Shown one piece after another: positions 1 through 9,764 of a stretch of DNA of 64,000 nt. Positions within the stretch are counted from its first letter, which is position 1. Each line of letters opens with the position of its first letter. The notes below the pieces were generated by a model. It did not search any database, was not told the DNA's origin, and was given only the letters and a program-made list of their open reading frames with translations. The translations under genes and the position numbers were made by a program. Origin of the DNA: a bacterium (GTDB lineage: Bacteria; Patescibacteriota; Microgenomatia; Curtissbacterales; GWA2-41-24); contig JAKAJD010000003.1 in NCBI GenBank assembly GCA_021813945.1, positions 109,193-173,192 of the forward strand, read 5' to 3'.

Positions 1-431
1 TTGGCAAAAAAATCAGTCATTTAGTGACCGTGGCCGGAGTTTTCCCGTTAACTTTTGGGATTGCAACGGAAAAACAAGCTGCAAAAGTTGCCGAAGTTGT
101 GGAGCGCACTTTGCAACAGAAGTATGGGGTGGTTCAGGGGGTGCCGTTTGTTGAAAATTCCCAATGGGACTATCCTAACGGCTGGGCGCCAATGCAATAC
201 GCGGTTGCTGTGGGGCTCACAAGATATGGATACAAGCACCTGGCAGTGAGGTTAATTGAAAAGTGGCTCAACTGCAATGTTAAAGTTTTTCGGGAGACGG
301 GCTTTTTGTGGGAAAAATACGATGTAGTAAAAGGCAGGGTGGGTGTTCCCGACAGGTATCCAACCCAACCCGGTTTTGGCTGGACAAACGCAGTGTTTTT
401 GATCTTTTGTGAAATGCTTGAAGGTAGTTAG
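1..431 (+). CDS. trehalase (glycoside hydrolase family 37), C-terminal fragment; 5' end lies outside the window
   Basis: The ORF is open to the window edge. QWDYPNGWAPMQ matches trehalase signature 2. GFGWTN lies near the C-terminus. Confidence 0.6.
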   Translation, partial: GKKISHLVTVAGVFPLTFGIATEKQAAKVAEVVERTLQQKYGVVQGVPFVENSQWDYPNGWAPMQYAVAVGLTRYGYKHLAVRLIEKWLNCNVKVFRETGFLWEKYDVVKGRVGVPDRYPTQPGFGWTNAVFLIFCEMLEGS

Positions 432-454
432 TTTTTAAGTGGTAGAATTGGTTT

Positions 455-1087
455 GTGCCAAAGCAAGATCTTCTAAATAATCTTAAAAAGCGAATGGAAG
501 AGGATAAATCTCTTCCGCTTCGGACTGGCGCAACCCAGCTGGTTTTTGGTGAAGGCAACGCTGATACGCAGCTTTATTTTTTGGGCGAAGCGCCTGGGTA
601 TTATGAAGATAGGGAAGGCAGGCCTTTTGTTGGGCAGGCGGGAAAATTACTTGATCAGCTTATTGAAAGTATAGGTTTTCGAAGAAGCGATGTTTATATT
701 TCCAACGTTGTGCGGTTTCGGCCCCCGGCAAATAGGGATCCGGAAGCCGATGAAATTGCGGCTTTTGCGCCGTACGTTAATGAGGAAATAAATATAATCA
801 GCCCTAAAATAATTGTGACCTTAGGGAGGTTTTCAATGAACAAGTTTTTGCCGGAAGCTCGTATTTCGGCAGTCCACGGTAAGGTTTTTAAGGTGGATTG
901 GAATGGTAAAAGACAAATAGTGATGCCGATGTATCATCCGGCAGCAGCGCTAAGAAGTACTGCAATTCTTGCTGCCATAAAAGGCGATTTCCAGCTAATA
1001 AAAAAGGCGTTAGCGGATGACACTTTGGAAGTTGTGGAAAAATCCCAGCAAGAAAATGCTCAAAGTTCGCAACTGAGTTTAATATGA
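455..1087 (+). CDS. uracil-DNA glycosylase, family 4-like
   Basis: GEGNADTQLYFLGEAPGYYEDREGRPFVGQAGKLL and the HPAAALR motif are typical of family 4 UDG / phage-polymerase-related UDG. Confidence 0.6.
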   Translation: MPKQDLLNNLKKRMEEDKSLPLRTGATQLVFGEGNADTQLYFLGEAPGYYEDREGRPFVGQAGKLLDQLIESIGFRRSDVYISNVVRFRPPANRDPEADEIAAFAPYVNEEINIISPKIIVTLGRFSMNKFLPEARISAVHGKVFKVDWNGKRQIVMPMYHPAAALRSTAILAAIKGDFQLIKKALADDTLEVVEKSQQENAQSSQLSLI

Positions 1088-1099
1088 AGGAGGTGAAAA

Positions 1100-1447
1100 A
1101 TGGCTAAAGTTGATACAAACCGCAATCTGGTAGCAGCCCTTTCGTATTTTCCGTTTTTTGCAATATTTCTTTCCTTGGTAATAGTTTTGGTTGAGCGCGA
1201 CGACAAGTTTATCCGCTTTCATGCAATGCAATCTTTTGTAATTTCTGTTTCTTATTACGTTATAAATATCTTTATCAATATGTTTTTCAGGCAGGGAATA
1301 TTGGCTCTTTTGGACACAGTTTTGAGCCCGCTTTTGGTGGTTTTGGTTTTGGTTATTTGGGTAATTTCGATGATAAAAGCCTATCAGGGAGCCGTTATTA
1401 AGTGGCCTATTGTCGGCGAGTTTGTAGAAAAGAAAGTCAGAGGATAA
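1100..1447 (+). CDS. small polytopic membrane protein (DUF4870-like, FHAMQS motif)
   Basis: 115 aa with 3 hydrophobic helices and a conserved FHAMQS motif. A strong SD (AAGGAGGTG) lies 6 nt upstream. Confidence 0.4.
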   Translation: MAKVDTNRNLVAALSYFPFFAIFLSLVIVLVERDDKFIRFHAMQSFVISVSYYVINIFINMFFRQGILALLDTVLSPLLVVLVLVIWVISMIKAYQGAVIKWPIVGEFVEKKVRG

Positions 1448-1451
1448 ATTT

Positions 1452-2009
1452 GTGAAACTTGTAGCTGGCCTTGGTAACCCTGGAGCAAAGTACCGGGGAA
1501 GTAGGCATAATTTGGGATTTATGGTTTTAGATAACTTCGCCAAAGAGGAGGGTTTTTCCTGGCGCTTCAGCCAGGATTGGTCGTGTTATTTCGTAAAACG
1601 GGGTGATTTTGTTCTTATAAAACCTTCAACATTTATGAACAGATCCGGAGATTCTATAAGAAAAGTTGCCGATTATTACAAAATCGATACAGACGAAGTT
1701 TTAGTAGTTTACGACGATATTGACTTGCCATTTGGCAAAATCAGGCTGGCTTTTAATGGGCTTTCTGCCGGGCACCACGGAATAGATTCTGTTATTGAAA
1801 ATTTGGGTATGGAGTTTGGAAGGCTTAGGATTGGTGTAAGCTCGCCTCGAGAAAAACGTGAAGGGAAAGAAGACGTTTCAGATTATGTGCTTTCCGATTT
1901 TACTTCTGATGAAAAGAAAGAGCTGCCTAAAATTATCAATAATTGTAAAGAAGCAATAACCTCTTATTTAGATGAAGGGCTTAATTCTACAATGAATAAA
2001 TTTAACTAG
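1452..2009 (+). CDS. pth: peptidyl-tRNA hydrolase
   Basis: The N-terminal motif GLGNPGAKYRGSRHNLGF is present. GTG start. Typical length. Confidence 0.85.
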   Translation: MKLVAGLGNPGAKYRGSRHNLGFMVLDNFAKEEGFSWRFSQDWSCYFVKRGDFVLIKPSTFMNRSGDSIRKVADYYKIDTDEVLVVYDDIDLPFGKIRLAFNGLSAGHHGIDSVIENLGMEFGRLRIGVSSPREKREGKEDVSDYVLSDFTSDEKKELPKIINNCKEAITSYLDEGLNSTMNKFN

Positions 2010-2011
2010 TT

Positions 2012-2680
2012 ATGCCTTCTATTGTCGATGTTGTTAATTTTGTCGAAATTTTAATATCCAAATATGGAATGATCATTATTCCACTTGGGGCTTTTTTGGA
2101 AAATTCGGTTATTTTAGGCTTTATTTTTCCGGGTGTTACGTTGATTTTCCTTTCCGGATATGTTGCCAGAACTCAGCATGAGAGTGTCGTTGTCATCATA
2201 ATTTTAGCCGCTTTAGGTTCATTTTTAGGTGATAATTTTGATTATTTTTTAGGTAGGAAAGCGGGAAACGTCTTAGCTCATAAGCCTCTTTTTAAACGGC
2301 CGATAAAGCTAGTTGAGCCGTTTGTTAAAAAGCACGGAGTTTGGGCCGTTTTTGGAGGTAGATTTTCCGCATGGAGCAGAGCATGGGTGGCCTTAGTGTC
2401 CGGTATAGTTAAATTTCCTTATTGGAAATTTGCTATCGTTTCTTTTTGTTCGGCAACTGTCTGGACTAGTATTTGGATTGTTGGGGGTTATTTAGTTGGC
2501 GGAAACAAGCAGTTAATAGAAGAGTGGTTAGGAAGAGGTACTTTTGTGTTTTGGTTAGCGTTTGCAATAGGACTAGTAATTTATTTTAGAACAAGACTTA
2601 AGCTAGTTTTAGATTTGGCCGTTTTTGAGGGCAAAAAGCATGGCAACAATGTCAAAAACAGGATTTGGCGAAAGTCTTAA
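2012..2680 (+). CDS. DedA-family membrane protein
   Basis: Polytopic protein with GRKAG...HGVWAVFGGRFSAWSR...VSGIVKFP, which matches the DedA / SNARE-associated signature. Confidence 0.55.
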   Translation: MPSIVDVVNFVEILISKYGMIIIPLGAFLENSVILGFIFPGVTLIFLSGYVARTQHESVVVIIILAALGSFLGDNFDYFLGRKAGNVLAHKPLFKRPIKLVEPFVKKHGVWAVFGGRFSAWSRAWVALVSGIVKFPYWKFAIVSFCSATVWTSIWIVGGYLVGGNKQLIEEWLGRGTFVFWLAFAIGLVIYFRTRLKLVLDLAVFEGKKHGNNVKNRIWRKS

Positions 2681-2984
2681 CGAGAAAGTTTATCAGATAG
2701 TTAAAAAAATCCCGAGAGGTAAGGTTTCAACTTACGGAGAGATAGCTATATCTTTGGGGAAACCTAGGGCTGCAAGACAAGTTGGTTGGGCACTGCATGC
2801 GAACAGGTCAGTTGATGTGCCATGTCATAGGGTGGTGGACCGAAATGGCAGGTTAGCGCCGAATTTTGCTTTCGATGGGGCAAAAGAACAAAGAAGGCGG
2901 TTGGAATCAGAGGGCGTTAAATTTGCTGATGAGATGCACGTTGATCTTTCCAAAAGTATTTGGAAAGGAAATTCTAAATCCTAA
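2640..2984 (+). CDS. ogt: methylated-DNA-protein-cysteine methyltransferase, DNA-binding domain protein (single domain, active-site Cys present)
   Basis: STYGEIA...PCHRVV is the Ogt/MGMT active-site motif. The track ORF starts at a TTG at 2625, but the ATG at 2640 is the more likely start. Confidence 0.65.
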   Translation: MATMSKTGFGESLNEKVYQIVKKIPRGKVSTYGEIAISLGKPRAARQVGWALHANRSVDVPCHRVVDRNGRLAPNFAFDGAKEQRRRLESEGVKFADEMHVDLSKSIWKGNSKS

Positions 2985-3042
2985 TTTCTAAATTCTAAAA
3001 TTAGTTTAGGATTTCGATATTCGTGCTTCGAATTTAATATTT

Positions 3043-3309
3043 ATGAGGGCTCATATTAAAGTTTTTGGGAAAGTACAAGGGGTGTTTTTTCGAAGGTCGG
3101 CAAAGATAAAAGCGGATGAGTTGGGAGTGTTAGGCTGGGTTAAAAATTCCGATGACGGGTCGGTTGAGGTGATGGCGCAGGGGGAGAAAAAGCAGGTTGA
3201 TCAATTTATCAAATGGTGCAAAAAAGGACCCCCATTTGCCAAAGTCGAGAATACGGAAGTGGATATTAGGCCGGATGAGGATTTTGCTGATTTTTCAATT
3301 CACGACTAA
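3043..3309 (+). CDS. acyP: acylphosphatase
   Basis: VFGKVQGVFFR...GWVKNSDDGSVE acylphosphatase signatures. 88 aa. Confidence 0.8.
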   Translation: MRAHIKVFGKVQGVFFRRSAKIKADELGVLGWVKNSDDGSVEVMAQGEKKQVDQFIKWCKKGPPFAKVENTEVDIRPDEDFADFSIHD

Positions 3310-3356
3310 CATTTTTGGCTTCGGGGTTAGCTTATGATAGACTATGCAAATCTAAA

Positions 3357-4508
3357 ATGAATATTTCCGTTTTAGGTTCAACCGGGTCTATCGGTACCCA
3401 GACATTGGAGGTTGTTTCTGCGCACCCTAAAAAACTTAAAGTTTTGGGTTTGGCGGCGGGATCCAATACTTCTCTTTTAAAAACTCAGATTAAGAAATTT
3501 AGACCAAAAGCAATTTCTGTTAAGAAGGAAGAGGACAAAAGAGCTTTTAAGAATATCAAAAACGTACAAGTTCGATTTGGAGACAAAGGTAATATAGAAG
3601 TTGCGACTTTAAAGGGCGTTGAGAGAGTTGTAATTGCGACACCCGGCCTTGCCGGAATAGCGCCAACACTGGCCGCAATTGCCGCAAAAAAGACGATTTG
3701 TCTGGCAACCAAGGAAGTTTTGGTCGCAGCAGGTGAACTGGTTACATCTGAAGCTAAAAAACATAAGGTTTCCCTAATTCCAATTGATTCTGAACATTCG
3801 GCAATTTTTCAAGCGCTTTCTGGAAGAAGCGAAAAGGAAGTAAAACGGATAATTTTAACCGCTTCGGGTGGGCCTTTTAGGGGAAAAACGGTCAAGGATT
3901 TGAAAAAGATCACACCGGCACAGGCTCTAGCGCACCCGACCTGGTCGATGGGGAAGAAGATTACTATTGATAGCGCAACTCTTATGAATAAGGGTTTCGA
4001 GGTAATCGAGGCAATGTGGCTTTTCGGAGTTCCACTTTCTAAAATCCAAGTAGTCGTACATCCTCAAAGCATTATCCATTCCGCAGTTGAATTTGTGGAC
4101 GGATCGATAATTGCCCAAATGGGAGCTTCGGATATGCGGCTGCCTATCCAATACGCTTTGTTTTATCCAGGTGAGCGACTTCCCAACAATTTCAGGAGGT
4201 TTTCGTTTTTTGATAAACGGGATTTGACCTTTGACGAGCCGGATTTAAAGACCTTTAAGTGTTTGGATTTGGCATTTAAGGCGATTTCTAAAGGCAAAAG
4301 TGCCCCTGCGGTTTTGACAGCGGCTAACGATGTGGCTGTTGAAGCGTTTTTAGCAGGAAAGCTTCCATTTCTGGGGATCGGTCAGGTTTTGGAGGCTACG
4401 CTTTCTGCCCATAAGGTTCAAAAGTTTAGAAATCTTGATGAACTCTTGGCGATTGATGAATGGGCAAGGGAAAATGCAGCCCAAAATGTTTTAAAATTTT
4501 CCAAATAA
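3357..4508 (+). CDS. dxr: 1-deoxy-D-xylulose 5-phosphate reductoisomerase
   Basis: ISVLGSTGSIGTQTL, LIPIDSEHSAIFQ and ILTASGGPF motifs. Start placed at the internal Met (MNISVLG). Confidence 0.9.
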   Translation: MNISVLGSTGSIGTQTLEVVSAHPKKLKVLGLAAGSNTSLLKTQIKKFRPKAISVKKEEDKRAFKNIKNVQVRFGDKGNIEVATLKGVERVVIATPGLAGIAPTLAAIAAKKTICLATKEVLVAAGELVTSEAKKHKVSLIPIDSEHSAIFQALSGRSEKEVKRIILTASGGPFRGKTVKDLKKITPAQALAHPTWSMGKKITIDSATLMNKGFEVIEAMWLFGVPLSKIQVVVHPQSIIHSAVEFVDGSIIAQMGASDMRLPIQYALFYPGERLPNNFRRFSFFDKRDLTFDEPDLKTFKCLDLAFKAISKGKSAPAVLTAANDVAVEAFLAGKLPFLGIGQVLEATLSAHKVQKFRNLDELLAIDEWARENAAQNVLKFSK

Positions 4509-4509
4509 G

Positions 4510-5214
4510 ATGAATTATCTCGTTATTGTTGCTGGTGGTGGAGGAAAGAGGATGGGTTTGGGGTTTAACAAAATTTTTGCGAAAGTTGGTGGGAAACCTC
4601 TTATCTACTGGACAATTTTGGCTTTTGAGAAAAGCAAAATTGTGGATGAGATTATTATTTCTGCTGCGGCTTCTGATATTTCTACAATAAGGTCAATCTG
4701 CAAAAAGTACGGATTTTTGAAAGTTAGGGATTTCGTTACTTCTGTTAGTACCCGTCAGGAGTCGACTTTCGAAGTCCTGAAGAAAATAAAAGAAAAGGCT
4801 AAAAAGTCGGATTTAGTAGGGGTTCATAATGCTGCAAATCCGTTTGTAACAAGATTGGAAATAAAAGAAGTTTATCAGCGAGCAGGAAAAACTGGAGCTG
4901 CCCTTCTTGCTCAACCTGCAAGAGACACCGTTAAGGTTTCCAATAAGGGTGGATTTGTAGTCCAGACACCGCCCAGACAACTATCCTGGTATGCCCAAAC
5001 TCCTCAGGTTGCCACTTTTGCCAATTTATGGAAAGCGTTTACCAAAGCACAGAGGCAAAAGTTCATTGGCACAGACGATGCGCAGCTTCTGGAAAGAGCA
5101 GGCATAAAAGTTAAGATTGTACCCTGCTCAAATGTTAATATGAAGATAACTTTCGTGGAGGATTTGACAGTTGCAGGCCAAATTTTAAAAACATTTGCAA
5201 AAAATTATGAATAA
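4510..5214 (+). CDS. ispD: 2-C-methyl-D-erythritol 4-phosphate cytidylyltransferase
   Basis: VIVAGGGGKRMG...NKIF...GKPLI IspD N-terminal signature. Adjacent to dxr and ispF. Confidence 0.85.
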   Translation: MNYLVIVAGGGGKRMGLGFNKIFAKVGGKPLIYWTILAFEKSKIVDEIIISAAASDISTIRSICKKYGFLKVRDFVTSVSTRQESTFEVLKKIKEKAKKSDLVGVHNAANPFVTRLEIKEVYQRAGKTGAALLAQPARDTVKVSNKGGFVVQTPPRQLSWYAQTPQVATFANLWKAFTKAQRQKFIGTDDAQLLERAGIKVKIVPCSNVNMKITFVEDLTVAGQILKTFAKNYE

Positions 5215-5695
5215 TATCTTTAGAGTGGGTATTGGGCAAGATTCGCACAGGTTTTCCAAAGCCAAAAGGCCTCTGGTTTTGGGAGGAGTCGAGGTATCTA
5301 AAAGCGGAGGGCTTGAAGGGAAATCAGATGCGGATGTTGTCTTGCATAGTTTGTGTAATGCTGTTTCATCTGCTTTGGGTGGGGATTCGCTTTCAACTTG
5401 GTCTGATGAGATGTGTAAAAGTGGAGTGACTGATAGCAAAGAGTATCTAAAATTCATTGTCAGCAAAGCATCAAAGAAAAATTATCAAATAGTTAACGCT
5501 TCGGTGGCGGTTGAAGCAAAAAAACCACGAATAGATCTTGCGACAATTAAGAAGATGAAAGATGCGATTTCCGGAATTCTTTCAATTAGTTCTGATTCGG
5601 TCGGGATTACTTTTACTTCCGGTGAAGGATTAACTGCTTTTGGAAAGGGCCTTGGAATCCAATCCATCTCACAAGTTTTGCTGTGCCAAAAATAA
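5207..5695 (+). CDS. ispF: 2-C-methyl-D-erythritol 2,4-cyclodiphosphate synthase
   Basis: RVGIGQDSHRF...LGGV...KSDADVVLHSLCNA IspF motifs. Overlaps the ispD stop. Confidence 0.85.
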   Translation: MNNIFRVGIGQDSHRFSKAKRPLVLGGVEVSKSGGLEGKSDADVVLHSLCNAVSSALGGDSLSTWSDEMCKSGVTDSKEYLKFIVSKASKKNYQIVNASVAVEAKKPRIDLATIKKMKDAISGILSISSDSVGITFTSGEGLTAFGKGLGIQSISQVLLCQK

Positions 5696-6576
5696 CCAAA
5701 AAAGCTTTCTCCAAATTGGATTTAGGGATTCATATTGAACCTAAAAAATCTGAAGATGGGCTCTTTCCGGTTTCATACATCGATTGCCAGGTGGATATTT
5801 GCGATGAGCTTAAATTTGAATCAAGAAATGGAGAGATTGAGATAGTTTGTGATGATCCAGAGGTTCCGATAGACGAGAAAAATTTTATCTATCAAGCGGC
5901 ATTACTTTTGAGGGAATCATCGAAGCGACAAGATCTTGGGGTAAAAATCACCTTAAAAAAGAAAATACCGGTAAAGGCAGGTTTTGGAGGAGGTAGCAGC
6001 GATGGGGCAGCGACCATTTGGGGACTTTGCGAGTTTTGGAATATAAAGGTTTCGAAAAATCAGCTTTTGGAGTTTTCTAAAAAATTAGGCAAAGATTTTT
6101 ACTTTAGCCTTTTTGGAGGTTTGGGAGAGCTAACAAGTGTTGGGCGAGATTATCAATTAAGACCATTTAAATCAGATCTGTCGTTTTGGACAGTTGTTGT
6201 TGTGCCATATGATGAGAAACCTTCAACTGCTTGGATTTATGAGCATCTCGACACTAAAAACATCGGCAAAAATCAGCATAAATTAATAGAATTAAAAAAA
6301 GCACTATTAAAAGGAGATCGGGTGGGGTTTATGTCGAACCTATCAAATGATTTTGAAAGTTCAGTTTCCAGGCATTTTCCGATAGTAACTGATGCTTTAG
6401 CAAATTTGGCAGAAGCCGGTGCATCTGGTAAAATCATGGCTGGCGCCGGGCTTTCAGTTGTAGGTTTTTTTGAGAGCCAAATTAAGGCAAAACAAGCTGC
6501 AAAAACCTTAGAGCGGAATCCAAAATATAGAAAGGTTTTAATTTCCAAAACAAATTTTGACTATGTACAAGCGTGA
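5683..6576 (+). CDS. ispE: 4-diphosphocytidyl-2-C-methyl-D-erythritol kinase (GHMP kinase)
   Basis: GHMP kinase glycine-rich motif IPVKAGFGGGSSDGAA. GTG start overlapping the ispF end. Confidence 0.8.
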   Translation: MPKITKKAFSKLDLGIHIEPKKSEDGLFPVSYIDCQVDICDELKFESRNGEIEIVCDDPEVPIDEKNFIYQAALLLRESSKRQDLGVKITLKKKIPVKAGFGGGSSDGAATIWGLCEFWNIKVSKNQLLEFSKKLGKDFYFSLFGGLGELTSVGRDYQLRPFKSDLSFWTVVVVPYDEKPSTAWIYEHLDTKNIGKNQHKLIELKKALLKGDRVGFMSNLSNDFESSVSRHFPIVTDALANLAEAGASGKIMAGAGLSVVGFFESQIKAKQAAKTLERNPKYRKVLISKTNFDYVQA

Positions 6577-7663
6577 GCAAACAAGACCGGTAAAAATTGG
6601 AAAGCTGACAATCGGTGGTGGAAATCCGGTAAGGGTGCAATCGATGACCCAGACAAAAACACCGGATGTTAAAGGGACGGTTACACAGATCAAGGAGTTG
6701 GAAAAGGCCGGTTGCGAAATAATAAGGGTGACAGCGCCGGATATGGAGTCCGCAAAAGCATTAGGGGCGATTAAGCGACAGATTAATATTCCACTTATAG
6801 TTGATATCCATTTTCAATACCAGTTAGCGCTTGAGGCAATAAAGCAAGGTGTTGATAAAGTCAGAATCAATCCAGGAAATATTGGAGGCGTTGAGCGGGT
6901 AAAAGAGGTTGTTATAGCTTGCAAGAAAAAGAATATTCCGATTCGAATTGGGGTAAACATGGGTTCTTTGGAGCGCGACCTTTTTGCCAAGTACGGAAAA
7001 TATGGTGTGCCAAGGGTGATGGTGGAATCGGCGACAAGGCATGTCAAGATTCTTGAGGATCTTAAGTTCCACGACATTGTAGTTTCTTTGAAAGGCGACA
7101 ACCCGGTTTTGGCAAGGGAGGCTTATATGCTTTTTGCAAAGAGATTCAACTATCCGTTGCATGTGGGAATTACAGAAGCCGGAACTTTGTGGAGTGGAAC
7201 GGTTAAATCGTCTGTTGGGATCGGTTCAATTCTTTCCGAGGGGATAGGAGACACAATCCGGGTTTCAATTGCTGATGATCCCAAAGAACAGGTTAAAGTC
7301 GGTTGGGAAATCCTCAAGTCGTTGGGACTGCGCCAAAAAGGTGTGGATATTATCGCTTGTCCTACTTGCGGCAGGACGGAAATTAATTTGATCGAGCTTG
7401 CCAAAAAGGTCGAAGGAATTGTTTCGGTTTTGGATGCGCCCTTAAAGGTGGCTGTCATGGGATGTGTAGTAAACGGCCCTGGAGAAGCAAGTTTTGCAGA
7501 TATCGGTGTTTGCGGTGGTCGTGGACAAGGAGCAATTTTCAAAAAGGGGAAACTGGTTTCAACATACAAGGAGGCGGAGCTTTTACCTGCGTTTGTGGGA
7601 GAGATCAAAAAGATGCTTGTTGAACGTGGTTTTAGTTCGGAGGCTAAAAAGCTGCATATATGA
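6557..7663 (+). CDS. ispG: 4-hydroxy-3-methylbut-2-enyl diphosphate synthase
   Basis: VKIGKLTIGGGNPVRVQSMT and the ACPTCGRT Fe-S motif. Confidence 0.9.
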   Translation: MTMYKREQTRPVKIGKLTIGGGNPVRVQSMTQTKTPDVKGTVTQIKELEKAGCEIIRVTAPDMESAKALGAIKRQINIPLIVDIHFQYQLALEAIKQGVDKVRINPGNIGGVERVKEVVIACKKKNIPIRIGVNMGSLERDLFAKYGKYGVPRVMVESATRHVKILEDLKFHDIVVSLKGDNPVLAREAYMLFAKRFNYPLHVGITEAGTLWSGTVKSSVGIGSILSEGIGDTIRVSIADDPKEQVKVGWEILKSLGLRQKGVDIIACPTCGRTEINLIELAKKVEGIVSVLDAPLKVAVMGCVVNGPGEASFADIGVCGGRGQGAIFKKGKLVSTYKEAELLPAFVGEIKKMLVERGFSSEAKKLHI

Positions 7664-8658
7664 TTAAGAAGGTAATTTTAGTTAAGCCAAGAGGCTTTTG
7701 CGCAGGTGTTGATCGGGCAATCGATACGGTTGAGGCGTCTCTAGATGTTTTTGGGCCGCCTGTTTATGTAAAGCACGCAATTGTTCATAACGTTCATGTA
7801 GTATCCGATCTTGAAAAGCGCGGCGCTATTTTTGTAGAAGACCTAGACGAAGTTCCTCCTAAGTCTGTTTTGGTTTTTTCGGCACATGGAACAGATCCAA
7901 AGGTTAAAGAAGAAGCAAAAAGGCGTGGTCACAGAGTAATTGATGCAACATGCCCTCTTGTAACCAAAGTACATTTAGAAGCCATACGGTACGCAAAAGA
8001 AGGTTACTTTATTATTTACGTTGGTCACAGAGGGCACCCGGAGCCAATCGGCGTTTTTGGAGAAATCAAAAAAGGCTCTTATGCCATGATTGAGTATGCG
8101 GACGAGGTTGCCAAACTAAAGGTTCCGCAGGAGGAAAAACTGGTCCATCTCAATCAAACAACACTTTCCATTTCGGATATTTCGAAAACTATATCGGCTC
8201 TTAAAAAACGTTTTCCAAGGATTGTTACTCCGCCGTCTTCTGATATTTGCTTTGCAACGACAAATAGGCAAACTGCTGCTCGGGAGCTTGCTAAAAAATG
8301 TGATCTGGTTTTGGTTATCGGTTCTGCCACAAGTTCCAACTCGCAAAGATTGAGAGATGTTTGTGAAGAAGAAGGAACAACGGCATATTTGGTGGATGAT
8401 GAAGCCAAAGTAAGGGAAAAGTGGTTTTCGGCTGTCAAAACCTTAGGGATAACTTCTGGGGCATCGGCGCCTGAGTATTTGATGGATAGAATGGTTAGTT
8501 TTGTCCGAGGGAAATATCCAAATGTTTCTGTGGAAAAGCTTGAAATTATGAATGAAGAGATAAAATTTCCGCTTCCGGACGATTTGGTTTCGATTGCTTT
8601 TGAGAGTAATAAGGGTACCAAATGGGTGGAAAAGCATAGAGTTTCCTCACAAAGATAA
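7660..8658 (+). CDS. ispH: 4-hydroxy-3-methylbut-2-enyl diphosphate reductase
   Basis: RGFCAGVDRAI, FSAHG and ATCPLVTKVH motifs. ATGA overlap with ispG. Confidence 0.9.
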   Translation: MIKKVILVKPRGFCAGVDRAIDTVEASLDVFGPPVYVKHAIVHNVHVVSDLEKRGAIFVEDLDEVPPKSVLVFSAHGTDPKVKEEAKRRGHRVIDATCPLVTKVHLEAIRYAKEGYFIIYVGHRGHPEPIGVFGEIKKGSYAMIEYADEVAKLKVPQEEKLVHLNQTTLSISDISKTISALKKRFPRIVTPPSSDICFATTNRQTAARELAKKCDLVLVIGSATSSNSQRLRDVCEEEGTTAYLVDDEAKVREKWFSAVKTLGITSGASAPEYLMDRMVSFVRGKYPNVSVEKLEIMNEEIKFPLPDDLVSIAFESNKGTKWVEKHRVSSQR

Positions 8659-9708
8659 ATGTCTCAAGCTAAAAACATTTTCCAGATTGAGTTTGACAAC
8701 TTTCTGAAACTTTATGAGCCATATCAAGCTCAATATTTTGCAAAAAAGAAAAGCACAAAAGGCAAACTTAAAGCAGCCGCTCTTTTCTGGGCTGATTTGG
8801 AACAGTTTATGCAAGGCGGCAAAAAACTAAGAGGATTCCTCACTTATTTAGGCTATTTGGCTTCCGGGGGAGAAGATATTTCTAAAATTTTGCCAGTTAG
8901 CCTTGCTTACGAGATTGTCCATAGTTTTCTTTTGATGCATGATGATGTGATAGACAGGTCCGATATCAGGCGGGGAAAGGCAAGTATCCATAAAAAGTAT
9001 TCAAGGGTGCATGGTAACCATTTTGGCGAAAGTATTGCCATAGTTTGGGGGGATATTGCGGCGTTTGAAGCAATGTCTTTAGTATGTGATGCGGATTTTG
9101 ACGACAAAACCAAGCTAAGGGCTATTAAATCCTTTGTAGAGACCATAATTTCAACTGGTTTGGGTGAGGGGATTGATGTTTTAATTTCCCAAACAGAAGC
9201 AAAAGAGGCTGACATTTGTGAGGTGAATATTTTAAAAACCGCAAAATACAGTGTTAGTGGGCCTTTGGTAATCGGTGCCATTTTGGCACGAGCAAAAGCA
9301 GACCAGCTTAAGGCGATGGAGAAATTTGGTTTGGCAGCAGGGGAAGCTTTTCAAATTCAAGACGATTTACTTGGAGTCTTTGGCAAAGAGGAGGTTGTTG
9401 GAAAATCCGTGCTTTCCGATATGCGGGAAGGAAAAAGCACACTTTTGATGTTGAAAACAAGAAATCTTGCTAAAGGTTTGGATAAAAAGATAGTTTCCAA
9501 AGTGTGGGGAAATAGCAAGGCAACCCTATCTGATTTAGAAAAAATCAGGCAAATTGTAAAAAGATCTGGTGCTTATGACTTAGTAATTTCGGCGATGGAT
9601 AATCTTGGAAACAAAGCTTTGAATGCGCTAAAATCGGCAAAACTAAATGAGCGCAATAGTGCTATTTTTAGTCAAATGGCAGAGTTTTTTGTAAGTCGTA
9701 ACTTTTAG
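8659..9708 (+). CDS. trans-polyprenyl diphosphate synthase (FPP/GGPP synthase family)
   Basis: First DDxxD (LLMHDDVIDRSDIRRG) and second DDxxD (FQIQDDLLGVFG) motifs. Confidence 0.8.
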   Translation: MSQAKNIFQIEFDNFLKLYEPYQAQYFAKKKSTKGKLKAAALFWADLEQFMQGGKKLRGFLTYLGYLASGGEDISKILPVSLAYEIVHSFLLMHDDVIDRSDIRRGKASIHKKYSRVHGNHFGESIAIVWGDIAAFEAMSLVCDADFDDKTKLRAIKSFVETIISTGLGEGIDVLISQTEAKEADICEVNILKTAKYSVSGPLVIGAILARAKADQLKAMEKFGLAAGEAFQIQDDLLGVFGKEEVVGKSVLSDMREGKSTLLMLKTRNLAKGLDKKIVSKVWGNSKATLSDLEKIRQIVKRSGAYDLVISAMDNLGNKALNALKSAKLNERNSAIFSQMAEFFVSRNF

Positions 9709-9764
9709 TTGAAAGGATATAGTAATTTCTGGTATCCTTTCAGATAAGTCCAAAGGATTATTGG

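Noticed and set aside
6814-8621. Minus-strand ORFs within ispG and ispH (6814-7101, 6824-7162, 7150-7608, 8116-8346, 8154-8621, 8443-8637).
   Set aside because: They are antisense to highly conserved ispG/ispH coding sequence.
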